Positions 19,164 through 28,063 of a DNA stretch of 64,000 bases are shown one piece after another. Source of the stretch: Candidatus Saccharimonadota bacterium (GTDB lineage Bacteria; Patescibacteriota; Saccharimonadia; Saccharimonadales; Saccharimonadaceae). Position 1 is the first letter of the stretch, and each line of letters begins with the position of its first letter. The notes beneath the pieces were generated by a model. It was given only the letters and a program-made list of their open reading frames with translations. It did no database searches and had not been told where the DNA came from. A program made the translations under genes and the position numbers. The stretch is from positions 1,028 through 65,027 of the forward strand of contig JAFRJX010000004.1 of NCBI GenBank assembly GCA_017432025.1, in the 5' to 3' direction.

Positions 19164-19929
19164 AGACAACGCGACTCCAGCTGAGCTCCAAGAAAAGATC
19201 ACTGCCATGCGTGAAGGCGGTAAAATTCTCGGTAATCTCCTAAGAGACCTCAAGAATTACGTGAAACCAGGTATGACCGGTAAAGAGGTCGATGCTTGGG
19301 TACGCAAGGAAATCGTCGCGCGTGGCGCCAAAGTCGCCTACGACATGCTCGACGAAGACTTTCCGGGTGCCATTTGTATCTCTGTTAACGACGAACTCGT
19401 CCACGGCGCACCAAAAGATGAACCCTTCGGGGTTGGTGACAAGGTCTCCTTTGACCTCGACATCTATTACAAGGGTTATTTCACCGATTCTGCTTTTACG
19501 ATGCTCATCGGTGGCGAAGGTTCTCCGGCCATCAAAAAGATGATTTCCGTTACCGAATCCTCGATGTGGGAGGGAATTGAACAGGTAAAGCCTGGCGTCC
19601 ACATCGGTACGATTGGCCACGCCGTTGAGCAAGTCCTTCGTAAAGGTCACCTTGGCGTGATTGAGAATTACGTCGGTCACGGCATCGATAAAGAGATGCA
19701 CTCCGCTCCCGAAGTCCCAAATTATGGCAAAAAAGGCCACGGCTACGTCCTTGTGGAAGGTGACACTATCTGTATCGAACCAATGTCTTGTCTCGGTAAG
19801 CCAGCCAATCATATCGAAGGCGACGACAACTGGACCGTCAAAATGAACGACGGCTCCATTGGTTGCCACTGTGAGCACACCGTCCTCGTAACTAAAGATG
19901 GCTACGAAGTTTTGACACTACCTGATTAA
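19153..19929 (+). CDS. map: Methionine aminopeptidase type I
   Basis: CISVNDELVHG, DLDIYYKGYFTD, GHGI, IEPM, HCEHT; follows adk. Confidence 0.96.
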   Translation: MVNKDNATPAELQEKITAMREGGKILGNLLRDLKNYVKPGMTGKEVDAWVRKEIVARGAKVAYDMLDEDFPGAICISVNDELVHGAPKDEPFGVGDKVSFDLDIYYKGYFTDSAFTMLIGGEGSPAIKKMISVTESSMWEGIEQVKPGVHIGTIGHAVEQVLRKGHLGVIENYVGHGIDKEMHSAPEVPNYGKKGHGYVLVEGDTICIEPMSCLGKPANHIEGDDNWTVKMNDGSIGCHCEHTVLVTKDGYEVLTLPD

Positions 19930-19947
19930 TTGTGTTACAATAAGCTT

Positions 19948-21186
19948 ATGGATGAAACGAAACGCTTTGTTACAGGCTTAGACGTCGGCACTGAAAACGT
20001 CCGCGCTGTAATCGCTTCCATTAACCGAAACGGGGAACTTGCCGTTGTTGGCTACAATGAAAGCAAAACTGCTGGTATGCGTAAAGGTGTCCCAGCCAAT
20101 CTTACTGGTCCAGCCGAGTCAATCGATCGCATGCTTGGCGAAGCTGAACGCATGGGCGGCTACGAAGTCCGTGATGCCTATGTCTCAATTAACGGTTCTC
20201 AGATTCTCTCCACCAAAGTTGAGGGAATGATTGCTATCGGTACAGCCGAGCACGAAGTTAACGGCACTGATCTTGATCGTGTTGAAAGTGTCGCTGTCAC
20301 CGGACGCATCCCAAATAACCGCGATGTCTTAAGTGTTGTCCCACTCGAGTATGCTCTCGATGGTCAAGCCGGCATCAAAGACCCAATCGGTATGGCTGGT
20401 GCCCGTCTCGAAATGCGTGCCAATGTCGTTTCAGCCCTTACCCCAAACTGTGAAAATTTGAAAAAAGCTACTCTTACCGCTGACGTTCGTGCCGAACGTC
20501 TCATCCCAGCCGTAGTAGCTGCCGCTAGAGCCGTTTTATCCGAACGCCAAAAAGAAAATGGCGTCGCTGTAGTTGATTTAGGTGCCGCTACAACCTCCGT
20601 TGCCGTCTACGAAGAAGGCGATCTCCAATATGTTGGCGTGGTCCCAGCCGGCTCGAACAACATCACAAATGACCTTGCCATTGTTCTTGCTATCGACCCA
20701 GAAATGGCCGAAGAAATTAAAACTCGTTTCATTACCGGTAATTTTGGTTCCGATAAGGGCGATCTTATCCGCATCGGCAAAGAAGGGAAAGGCGAACGCG
20801 TCTTTGAACGTAAAGAAGTTGAAGAAGTTGTAAAAGCTCGTCTCGAAGAAATCTTTGGCGAAATCCGCAAGAAACTGAAAGCCGCTAAATATGATCAGCG
20901 CCTCCCAGAGGGAATCGTCCTGACTGGTGGCGGTGCTAAGCTCCGCGACATCGACGTTTTTGCAAAAAAAGCGCTTGAAGCATCCATTAAAATTGGTGTC
21001 CCTGGCGGTCTTGGTGGCGTCTCTGAAGCCATCGAAACACCGGAGTATGCCACTGCGGTCGGACTTGCTCTCCTTGCTGCCGAAGATTACCAGCACGACA
21101 TGCCTGTTTCCAAGAAGTCCGGCAAATCGTTCAAACTTGGTCGTAAAGGCCCAGGCCTATTTAAGAAGATTTTCTCCAAATTCTAA
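19948..21186 (+). CDS. ftsA: Cell division protein FtsA
   Basis: GLDVGTENV, VDLGAATT, LTGGGAKL, YATAVGL; upstream of ftsZ. Confidence 0.97.
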   Translation: MDETKRFVTGLDVGTENVRAVIASINRNGELAVVGYNESKTAGMRKGVPANLTGPAESIDRMLGEAERMGGYEVRDAYVSINGSQILSTKVEGMIAIGTAEHEVNGTDLDRVESVAVTGRIPNNRDVLSVVPLEYALDGQAGIKDPIGMAGARLEMRANVVSALTPNCENLKKATLTADVRAERLIPAVVAAARAVLSERQKENGVAVVDLGAATTSVAVYEEGDLQYVGVVPAGSNNITNDLAIVLAIDPEMAEEIKTRFITGNFGSDKGDLIRIGKEGKGERVFERKEVEEVVKARLEEIFGEIRKKLKAAKYDQRLPEGIVLTGGGAKLRDIDVFAKKALEASIKIGVPGGLGGVSEAIETPEYATAVGLALLAAEDYQHDMPVSKKSGKSFKLGRKGPGLFKKIFSKF

Positions 21187-21254
21187 TCTTATTTCACTCT
21201 TGATTTTAAGATTAGAATGGAGTATATTAAAGATAAATAAAGCGAGGATATAAA

Positions 21255-22439
21255 ATGCCAGAAATTAAACCGACAGAGGTGGAAAGCAAAGCAAGTATTA
21301 AAGTTGTAGGCGTCGGCGGTGCCGGTGGTTCCGCAGTTGAACGCATGAAAGAAGTAGGCCTTACCGGTGTTGAATTTGTTGCAATTAACACCGATGCTCA
21401 AGCTCTTCATCATTCATCAGCCGATGTCAAAGTTCACATTGGCAAAGGTTTAGGCGCTGGTGGTGATCCAGAAAAAGGCCGTGAAGCTGCTGAAGAGTCC
21501 CGTGAAGCTATCGATAACGCTCTCGAAGGTGCTGATATGGTCTTCATTACCCTCGGTGCTGGTGGTGGTACTGGTTCTGGTGCCGGCCCAATCGTTGCCG
21601 AAGAGTCACGTAAAAAAGATATTCTTACCGTTGGTGTCGCTACGAAGCCATTCACTTTCGAAGGTGCTCGTCGCCGTGCTAACGCCGAAATTGCTATCGA
21701 TAAGCTTGCTCGCCAAGTTGATGCAATTATCACTATTCCAAACGATCGTCTTTTGCAGACTATCGATCCTCGCACTCCGCTTCTCGAAACCTTCAAGATT
21801 GCCGACGATGTACTTCGTCAAGGCGTCCAGGGTATTTCTGAGCTCATTACTGAGCACTCGCTCATCAACCTCGACTTCGCCGATGTTAAATCCATTATGA
21901 AAAACGCCGGCTCTGCTCTTATGGGTATCGGTCGTGCCTCTGGTGAGAATCGTGCTGTCATTGCTGCTCAACAAGCCGTTGAATCTCCATTAATTGAGGT
22001 TAAAATCGAAGGCGCCCGTGGTGTACTCTTCTCAGTGGCTGGTGGATACGACATGTCAATGTCTGAAGTCCAAGAAGCTGCCGAGGTTATCACCGGCTCC
22101 GTCTCTCCAGATGCGAACATCATCTTTGGTGCTTCCATTCGTCCAGAGCTCGAAGACGAAATCGTCGTCACCGTGGTTGCTACTGGCTTTGATTCCGAAT
22201 ACTTTAATGCGCAAGCCGCTGCTACTGCTACTGCCGAACCAGAAACCAAAGAGTCAGCCCCAGCCTTTACTCCAGAAGCTCCGGCTGCTGATACTAAAGA
22301 ATTTGCCGCCGAACCACGCTCCAACATGTGGGATTCTATCAAGAACGAACCGGAACCAGAACCAGCTGCTACTGACGACGAAATGGATGTGCCACCATCC
22401 TTGCGTGACCGCTTGAGGAGCAAAAAGAATAAGAAATAA
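21255..22439 (+). CDS. ftsZ: Cell division protein FtsZ
   Basis: [15 protein letters not shown] tubulin motif, NLDFAD, C-terminal [10 protein letters not shown]. Confidence 0.99.
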   Translation: MPEIKPTEVESKASIKVVGVGGAGGSAVERMKEVGLTGVEFVAINTDAQALHHSSADVKVHIGKGLGAGGDPEKGREAAEESREAIDNALEGADMVFITLGAGGGTGSGAGPIVAEESRKKDILTVGVATKPFTFEGARRRANAEIAIDKLARQVDAIITIPNDRLLQTIDPRTPLLETFKIADDVLRQGVQGISELITEHSLINLDFADVKSIMKNAGSALMGIGRASGENRAVIAAQQAVESPLIEVKIEGARGVLFSVAGGYDMSMSEVQEAAEVITGSVSPDANIIFGASIRPELEDEIVVTVVATGFDSEYFNAQAAATATAEPETKESAPAFTPEAPAADTKEFAAEPRSNMWDSIKNEPEPEPAATDDEMDVPPSLRDRLRSKKNKK

Positions 22440-22451
22440 TAGGAGTAAGAC

Positions 22452-22901
22452 ATGGACCACAAATTCCGTATTGGAGACAGCAAAGTTCTTGAAAGTCGAG
22501 AAACGGTAGATGGCACCATGATTCGTCGCCGCCGTGAAACGCCGGATGGTCGGCGTTTTACTACTTACGAGCGTATTGAAATGCCACCACTTACTGTCTT
22601 AAAACGTAGTGGCAACAAAGAAATCTTTGATCGTGATAAGCTTCTTCTTGCCGTTAAGCGCAGCGTTGGTAAATTCTTCAATTCCGAACTTGAAATCGAA
22701 GAAGTCATCAACCGTGTTACCGACATCCTCTATTCTTATGGCACCGAGCAGATCACTTCAAAACAAATTGGCGAAGCCGTCCTCGATGTCCTCGCCGATG
22801 TTAACGAAGTCGCTTACGTCCGTTTCGCTAGCGTCTTCCGCGAATTTAAAACTCTCGAAGATTTTGAAAACATATTGAAGGAACAAAAAGGGAAGAAATA
22901 A
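22452..22901 (+). CDS. nrdR: Transcriptional repressor NrdR (no Zn-ribbon cysteines)
   Basis: SKVLESR, IRRRRE, RFTTYERIE, ATP-cone VLKRSG...FDRDKL, VAYVRFASVFREF. Confidence 0.93.
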   Translation: MDHKFRIGDSKVLESRETVDGTMIRRRRETPDGRRFTTYERIEMPPLTVLKRSGNKEIFDRDKLLLAVKRSVGKFFNSELEIEEVINRVTDILYSYGTEQITSKQIGEAVLDVLADVNEVAYVRFASVFREFKTLEDFENILKEQKGKK

Positions 22902-23156
22902 ATGCGGGTGGTTTGTGTATACCGTGACAACGAGGATTATACTCGCAGCGTCACTGAATGGATTGAGAATATGCGCCGTCAAACTGGCTATGAAATCGAA
23001 GAAATGAGCCCAGATGAGGATCCTGGGTTTTGCGAAGCCTACGACATCGTCGAGTACCCAACGATTATCGCCATCGACGACAACGGCGCCGTCCGTAACG
23101 CTTGGCGTGGCCGCACATTGCCACTTTTAAACGAGGTCCTCTACTACCTAATCTAA
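22902..23156 (+). CDS. Small thioredoxin-fold-like hypothetical protein (no CxxC)
   Basis: 84 aa; YDIVEYPTIIAI resembles the thioredoxin cis-Pro strand; directly follows nrdR. Confidence 0.55.
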   Translation: MRVVCVYRDNEDYTRSVTEWIENMRRQTGYEIEEMSPDEDPGFCEAYDIVEYPTIIAIDDNGAVRNAWRGRTLPLLNEVLYYLI

Positions 23157-23163
23157 GGAAACT

Positions 23164-23964
23164 ATGGATAACATTGCTCAAGATATTTTCGAAAACGTCT
23201 GGTTTAAGCGGATTTTTTGGTCGCTCATCGTCATTATTGTGAACACTTTGTTTTATAGCATTGTGTCACATCTTATTTCTCGTCGTGAGAAAAAGAATTC
23301 TCGTGTCTTTTCGAACAAAAAGAACCGCACCTATCTCAAGATGCTAAAAAGTATCATCCGCTACGCTCTCATTATCGCTTCCGTTCTTGCTATTATGCGC
23401 ATTTTTGGCATTGATATCAGTTCGATGCTCGCCGGCGTCGGCATTGTTGGTGTCGTGATTGGTTTTGCCGTCCAAGACGCATTAAAAGACATTATCAAAG
23501 GCTTTGATATCATCTCGGACAATTACTATGCCGTTGGCGACATTATTAAGTTTAACGGCCAAACCGGCAAAGTCCTTTCTGTCGGTCTAAAAACCACTAA
23601 AATCCAAGACGTCCTTTCTGGTAACATCGTCAGTATCGCTAACCGCAACATCGAACTCGTCGAAGTGATTTCTGGCGACATCTTGATTGATATTCCACTT
23701 CCGTATGAGCTCAGTGTCAAAAAAGCCGAAGCCGTTTTGAAAGAAATCGTCACTAAAGTTGAGAAGGATCCAGCCATTACGTCAACTCAGATTCTTGGCC
23801 TTACCACGCTCGGCGAATCGGCTCTGATTTACAAAATTAAACTCGCCTCCACCCCTGAACAAAAAGGCCAAGCCCGCCGCGACGCACTTAAAACTATCGT
23901 CGAAACTCTCGAAGCCCACAAGATCTCGATCCCATACAACCAGCTCGACGTTCATCAAAAATAA
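23164..23964 (+). CDS. MscS-family mechanosensitive channel
   Basis: AGVGIVGVVIGFAVQDALKDII, VGDII, VGLKTT, IANRNI, IPYNQLDV. Confidence 0.92.
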   Translation: MDNIAQDIFENVWFKRIFWSLIVIIVNTLFYSIVSHLISRREKKNSRVFSNKKNRTYLKMLKSIIRYALIIASVLAIMRIFGIDISSMLAGVGIVGVVIGFAVQDALKDIIKGFDIISDNYYAVGDIIKFNGQTGKVLSVGLKTTKIQDVLSGNIVSIANRNIELVEVISGDILIDIPLPYELSVKKAEAVLKEIVTKVEKDPAITSTQILGLTTLGESALIYKIKLASTPEQKGQARRDALKTIVETLEAHKISIPYNQLDVHQK

Positions 23965-24023
23965 TATAAGCATTTTCTTTTCTGTTAAAAATATGCTAAA
24001 CTAAATCTATTAAAGCGTTTTTA

Positions 24024-24170
24024 GCAGCTATCAACTGCGAGCTGACGGAAGAAAGGGAAACTGATTAGAACCGTTCGTGAATCCGCGTGAGTGATTAATT
24101 AAGTGCCGAATTATCGGAAATTGGATGGTACCGCTCTAAGGAGTTCCAATGCGAAAGCATTGGATTTTTT
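24024..24170 (+). promoter_or_regulatory. ileS T-box riboswitch (ultrashort Stem I, Ile specifier ATC, antiterminator/terminator)
   Basis: Stem I GCAG-ctATCaa-CTGC (24024-24038); Stem II-like GAGC...CGGAAGAA...TAGAACCG; T-box GGA-TGGTACC-GC (bulge 24126-24132); terminator TCCAATGC-GAAA-GCATTGGA-T6 (24145-24170); directly upstream of ileS. Confidence 0.85.
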
Positions 24171-24187
24171 AATAATAAGGAGTCAAT

Positions 24188-27130
24188 ATGAAATATAAAG
24201 CAGGTGAACGTCGGAAAGCCACCGTTTACGAAAAAGCCGTCTGCGAATGGTGGAAGAAGAACAAAACCTTCGAAAAATCCGTTGAAAGCCGGTCAGTCGA
24301 CAAATCTTACGTCTTTTATGACGGCCCTCCGTTTATTACTGGCAACCCACACCACGGTACGCTTCTTAGCTCCATCGTGAAAGATGCCGTGCCACGTTTC
24401 TGGACCATGAATGGCTACCGCGTTGAACGTAGGTGGGGTTGGGACTGCCACGGTCTTCCAGCCGAAAACTTCGTTGAGAAGCAACTTGGCATCACCGATC
24501 GTCGTGATATCGGCACCAAATGGTCACTTGAAGACTATATTATCAAGGCTCGCGAATCCATGGTCGCGAATTCTGAAACTTGGCGCTCTACCATCGACCG
24601 CATTGGCCGTTGGGTGGATTTCGACAATGCTTACCGCACGATGAACAAGGACTTCATGGAATCGGTCTGGTGGGCCTTTAAACAGCTCTACGAGGCCGGT
24701 AAAATCTATGAAGGGCGAAAAGTATTAATGTATGATACAAAGTTCGCTACGCCGGTTTCTAAGGCCGAAGTCACGATGGACAACGACGCCTACCAAACTG
24801 TCACTGACCCATCTGCCTACGTCAAATTCAAAGTTAAAGATAGTGATGAATACTTCCTCGCTTGGACCACGACTCCTTGGACCTTGCCTGGCAATCTCTA
24901 TCTCGCTATCAATCCTGATCTAGATTATGGCGTTTATGAAGTAAATGGCGAGAAACTGATCGTCGCTCTTGAGCGTGGTAAAATCCTCTTCGAAGGACAG
25001 AAGCCATTAAAAGCTATGAAGGGTAAAGCCCTCGTTGGCAAAGCTTACGAACCGATTATTAAAGTTGCTGACGGCCTCTTCGATTTAGGTCTCCGTGGCG
25101 ACAAGGGAACCGTGGCAAGGAAAGATACCTACACCGTCCTCCCAGGCGACTTTGTTTCCGCCGAAGATGGTACCGGCATTGTCCACTGTGCGCCTGCCTA
25201 TGGTGAAGACGACTTTGCTCTCGCCAATAAGCACGAAGTCGATTTCGTCGACTGTCTTGATGAAAATGGCTACTACTTACCAGAAATGGCCACCGAACTC
25301 CATAAACTTGGCGTTCGCGATACCGATGAACACGGCATCCAAGCCTGGGCCGGCAACAAATTCATCGCAAAATGCCTCGAAGACAAGGGAATCATCTGGA
25401 AAATCGAATACATTCAGCACGAATATCCATTTAACCCTCGCTCGAAGGAGCGCATCATGTACCGCGCCTTCCCATCTTGGTTCTTTGATGTTGAAGGCCA
25501 AAAGACCATGATGCTTGCCGAGAACGAGAACATCAACTGGTTCCCAGAGCACTTAAAGCACGGCCGCTTCGCCAAGAACATCGAGCAAGCTCCAGATTGG
25601 AATCTCTCGCGTGATCGCTTCTGGGCCACCGCTATGCCGGTCTGGAAGGGCGACAAGGGAAGCATCCGGGTTGTCGGCTCCTACAAAGAGCTCGAAGAAC
25701 TCTCTGGCAAGACCTTAAATGATTATCACCGCCCATGGGTTGATGAAATCACCTTCGATATCGACGGTGAGCACTTCACTCGTATCGAAAAGGTTCTCGA
25801 CTGTTGGTTTGAATCTGGCTCTATGCCGTTTGCCCAGATGCATTATCCGTTCGAAAATAAGAAGAAATTTGAAGCCAACTATCCAGCCGACTTCATCGTC
25901 GAATACGTCGGTCAGGTCCGCGCTTGGTTCTACTATGTCCACACTGTAAACACCGCTCTTGCGGAGATTGGTGCCTTCGGCGACAAGGCTAAAAACGGTG
26001 CGAAAAACGCCTACAAGAACGTCATTACCACTGGTACACTTGCAGGCAACGATGGCCGTAAGATGAGTAAATCTCTCGGTAACTTCACCGATCCAAACGT
26101 CTTAATGGATCAATTCTCAGCCGATTCGCTCCGCTTCTTACTTCTTTCGAGCCCGGTTCTCTCTGGCGAAGACTTCGCTCTGCTTGATAAAGACGTCTCC
26201 GACGTCAACCGCAAGCTCGCGATGCTCTGGAATGTCTATGACTTCTTCACGACTTACGCTGCCGTCGACGGCATCGATAGTGACGATTTGAAGCTCGACC
26301 CGAAGCATCCGCTCGACCTCTGGATCCTCTCCCGTATGTACCAACTCCGCGGCGAAATCACCACTGGTATGGAAGAGTACAACATTCCAAAGGCTTTGGA
26401 GGGTGTCCTTCCATTTATCGACGACCTCTCAAACTGGTATGTCCGCCGCTCTCGCCGTCGTTTCTCTAAGAACGACGATGAGTCCGATAAAATGCAAGCC
26501 TACGCAACTCTTCACTACGTTTTAATCTATACTTCGAAGATTCTTGCTCCGTTTATCCCGTTCTTAACCGAAGAGCTCTATCAAAAGATGACCGGCAAAA
26601 ACGAATCCGTCCACCTCTTAGACTGGCCGGAAGCTGGCGTCATTGATACCGCCATCCTCGATGAAATGGCCCACACTCGCGCCATCATCACCGATGCACT
26701 CGCTCTTCGCATGCAGAAGTCCGATACCGAGGAGCAAATCAAGGTCCGCCAGCCACTCGCCTCACTTACTTATACCGGCGATAAGCTCGACGATTTCTAT
26801 GAACAAATCATTATGGACGAAGTCAACGTTAAAAAAGTTGAATGCGGTAAAGAATTTGTGCTCGACAAGACCTTAACCGACGATTTGAAGAGGGAAGGGC
26901 TCGCCCGCGACATCATCCGCGCCGTCCAGTCCGCCCGTAAAAACGCTGGCCTCAGTGTCGACGACCACATTAAGCTCTCTATCTCGGTCAATCCACCAGA
27001 GGGATTCGCGGATCTCATCCGCACCGAAGTCCTCGCCGATGATATCAAACAAGGTGAGAACTACGCCTACGACGAAGTCGCGAAGATTGCTGGCGAAAAC
27101 GTCACCATTTCGCTCGAAAAAGTCGCCTAA
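24188..27130 (+). CDS. ileS: Isoleucine--tRNA ligase (type 2)
   Basis: DGPPFITGNPHHGT, GWDCHGLP, AWTTTPWTLP, GTGIVH, SRDRFWAT, KMSKS; no C-terminal Zn finger of type 1 enzymes. Confidence 0.97.
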   Translation: MKYKAGERRKATVYEKAVCEWWKKNKTFEKSVESRSVDKSYVFYDGPPFITGNPHHGTLLSSIVKDAVPRFWTMNGYRVERRWGWDCHGLPAENFVEKQLGITDRRDIGTKWSLEDYIIKARESMVANSETWRSTIDRIGRWVDFDNAYRTMNKDFMESVWWAFKQLYEAGKIYEGRKVLMYDTKFATPVSKAEVTMDNDAYQTVTDPSAYVKFKVKDSDEYFLAWTTTPWTLPGNLYLAINPDLDYGVYEVNGEKLIVALERGKILFEGQKPLKAMKGKALVGKAYEPIIKVADGLFDLGLRGDKGTVARKDTYTVLPGDFVSAEDGTGIVHCAPAYGEDDFALANKHEVDFVDCLDENGYYLPEMATELHKLGVRDTDEHGIQAWAGNKFIAKCLEDKGIIWKIEYIQHEYPFNPRSKERIMYRAFPSWFFDVEGQKTMMLAENENINWFPEHLKHGRFAKNIEQAPDWNLSRDRFWATAMPVWKGDKGSIRVVGSYKELEELSGKTLNDYHRPWVDEITFDIDGEHFTRIEKVLDCWFESGSMPFAQMHYPFENKKKFEANYPADFIVEYVGQVRAWFYYVHTVNTALAEIGAFGDKAKNGAKNAYKNVITTGTLAGNDGRKMSKSLGNFTDPNVLMDQFSADSLRFLLLSSPVLSGEDFALLDKDVSDVNRKLAMLWNVYDFFTTYAAVDGIDSDDLKLDPKHPLDLWILSRMYQLRGEITTGMEEYNIPKALEGVLPFIDDLSNWYVRRSRRRFSKNDDESDKMQAYATLHYVLIYTSKILAPFIPFLTEELYQKMTGKNESVHLLDWPEAGVIDTAILDEMAHTRAIITDALALRMQKSDTEEQIKVRQPLASLTYTGDKLDDFYEQIIMDEVNVKKVECGKEFVLDKTLTDDLKREGLARDIIRAVQSARKNAGLSVDDHIKLSISVNPPEGFADLIRTEVLADDIKQGENYAYDEVAKIAGENVTISLEKVA

Positions 27131-27148
27131 AAAGCCTAAGCGAAATCG

Positions 27149-27176
27149 AAATAGCCCCCACTCGGGGCTATTTTTT
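27149..27176 (+). terminator. Intrinsic terminator after ileS
   Basis: AAATAGCCCC-cactc-GGGGCTATTT followed by Ts. Confidence 0.85.
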
Positions 27177-27243
27177 ACATGAGTTTTTGCCATTTTTACC
27201 CCTGTAAATTTGACAAACCCACAAAAAATAAGCATAAACACTA

Positions 27244-27272
27244 TTGACTTTTTTAGCAAAGTGTGCTACAAT
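27244..27272 (+). promoter_or_regulatory. Sigma-70 promoter
   Basis: TTGACT, 17 bp, TACAAT with TGTG extension. Confidence 0.75.
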
Positions 27273-27343
27273 GAATTTAAGTTAGAAAATAAAATAAACA
27301 TTCTAACAAATAACAAAAATAAACAACAAAAAAAGGAAAAATC

Positions 27344-27550
27344 ATGGCGGAAACATTAAAATTACCAAACGCAGTCGTTGACTCAGACTGGAAAGATGAT
27401 GTCGACGTAGACTACGCCATCTATGGCGGCAACGAAAAACAAGAACGCGAATACGTCTCGCAGGAACAACTCAGTAAAGAAAAGATCGATAGAATTAAAA
27501 AACGCAAAATTGGTATGGTTGCTCTCTTTAGTAGCCAAAATACAGCGTAA
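27344..27550 (+). CDS. Hypothetical 68-aa protein in its own transcription unit
   Basis: Promoter upstream, AAGGA RBS, terminator at about 27600. Confidence 0.65.
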   Translation: MAETLKLPNAVVDSDWKDDVDVDYAIYGGNEKQEREYVSQEQLSKEKIDRIKKRKIGMVALFSSQNTA

Positions 27551-27577
27551 AGGAAAAACTTCCGATGTAATATTATA

Positions 27578-27599
27578 AATTTCAAGCCATAAATTACAA
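27578..27599 (+). repeat. 22-nt motif, copy 1 (copy 2 at 59691-59712)
   Basis: AATTTCAAGCCATAAATTACAA versus AATTTCTAGCCATAAATTACAA (21/22 identical). Confidence 0.8.
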
Positions 27600-27625
27600 A
27601 AACCGAACACTTTGTTCGGTTTTTT
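27598..27625 (+). terminator. Intrinsic terminator
   Basis: AACCGAAC-acttt-GTTCGGTT followed by a T run. Confidence 0.8.
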
Positions 27626-27736
27626 CTTTACCACAAATATGAAAAAAGTCGAAAAAATGTCAATATTTATTTGCTAAAAATAAAAGCTTATGCTAAGATG
27701 AAATACAGAAAGGTCATCATTAATCAAACAAACTCT

Positions 27737-28063
27737 ATGCAACAATATTTTATTGAGCGCGATACCTTGGAAAAGTTCGTCAATCCAATGATCGCCGAGA
27801 AATACCCAGACGGAACGCCTGAAAATATCGATACGATTCGGGATACAGCCGTCGAACAATTAGACGACAAAATCCTAGACGCCCTGTTCGGTAAACTTAC
27901 CAAATCGCAGGTTGCAGAAGTCAACATTATGTTTGACCAAGAAGAAGACAATCCGGATGCTTTCCGTGATTTCTTTAAAAAAGTCGGCATCGACGTTGAA
28001 GCCGAGATAACCGAAGCCGTAAAACAATTTGGCTTAGAATTTATAGGAGGTCAAAATGCCTAG
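27737..28063 (+). CDS. Hypothetical acidic helical protein
   Basis: Open frame overlapping the next start; the start (ATG 27737) is uncertain. Confidence 0.65.
   Translation: MQQYFIERDTLEKFVNPMIAEKYPDGTPENIDTIRDTAVEQLDDKILDALFGKLTKSQVAEVNIMFDQEEDNPDAFRDFFKKVGIDVEAEITEAVKQFGLEFIGGQNA

Noticed and set aside
27198-27210. 13-mer ACCCCTGTAAATT repeated at 63641-63653, both upstream of promoters
   Set aside because: Exact 13-mer pairs are expected by chance in 64 kb; only two copies and no symmetry.
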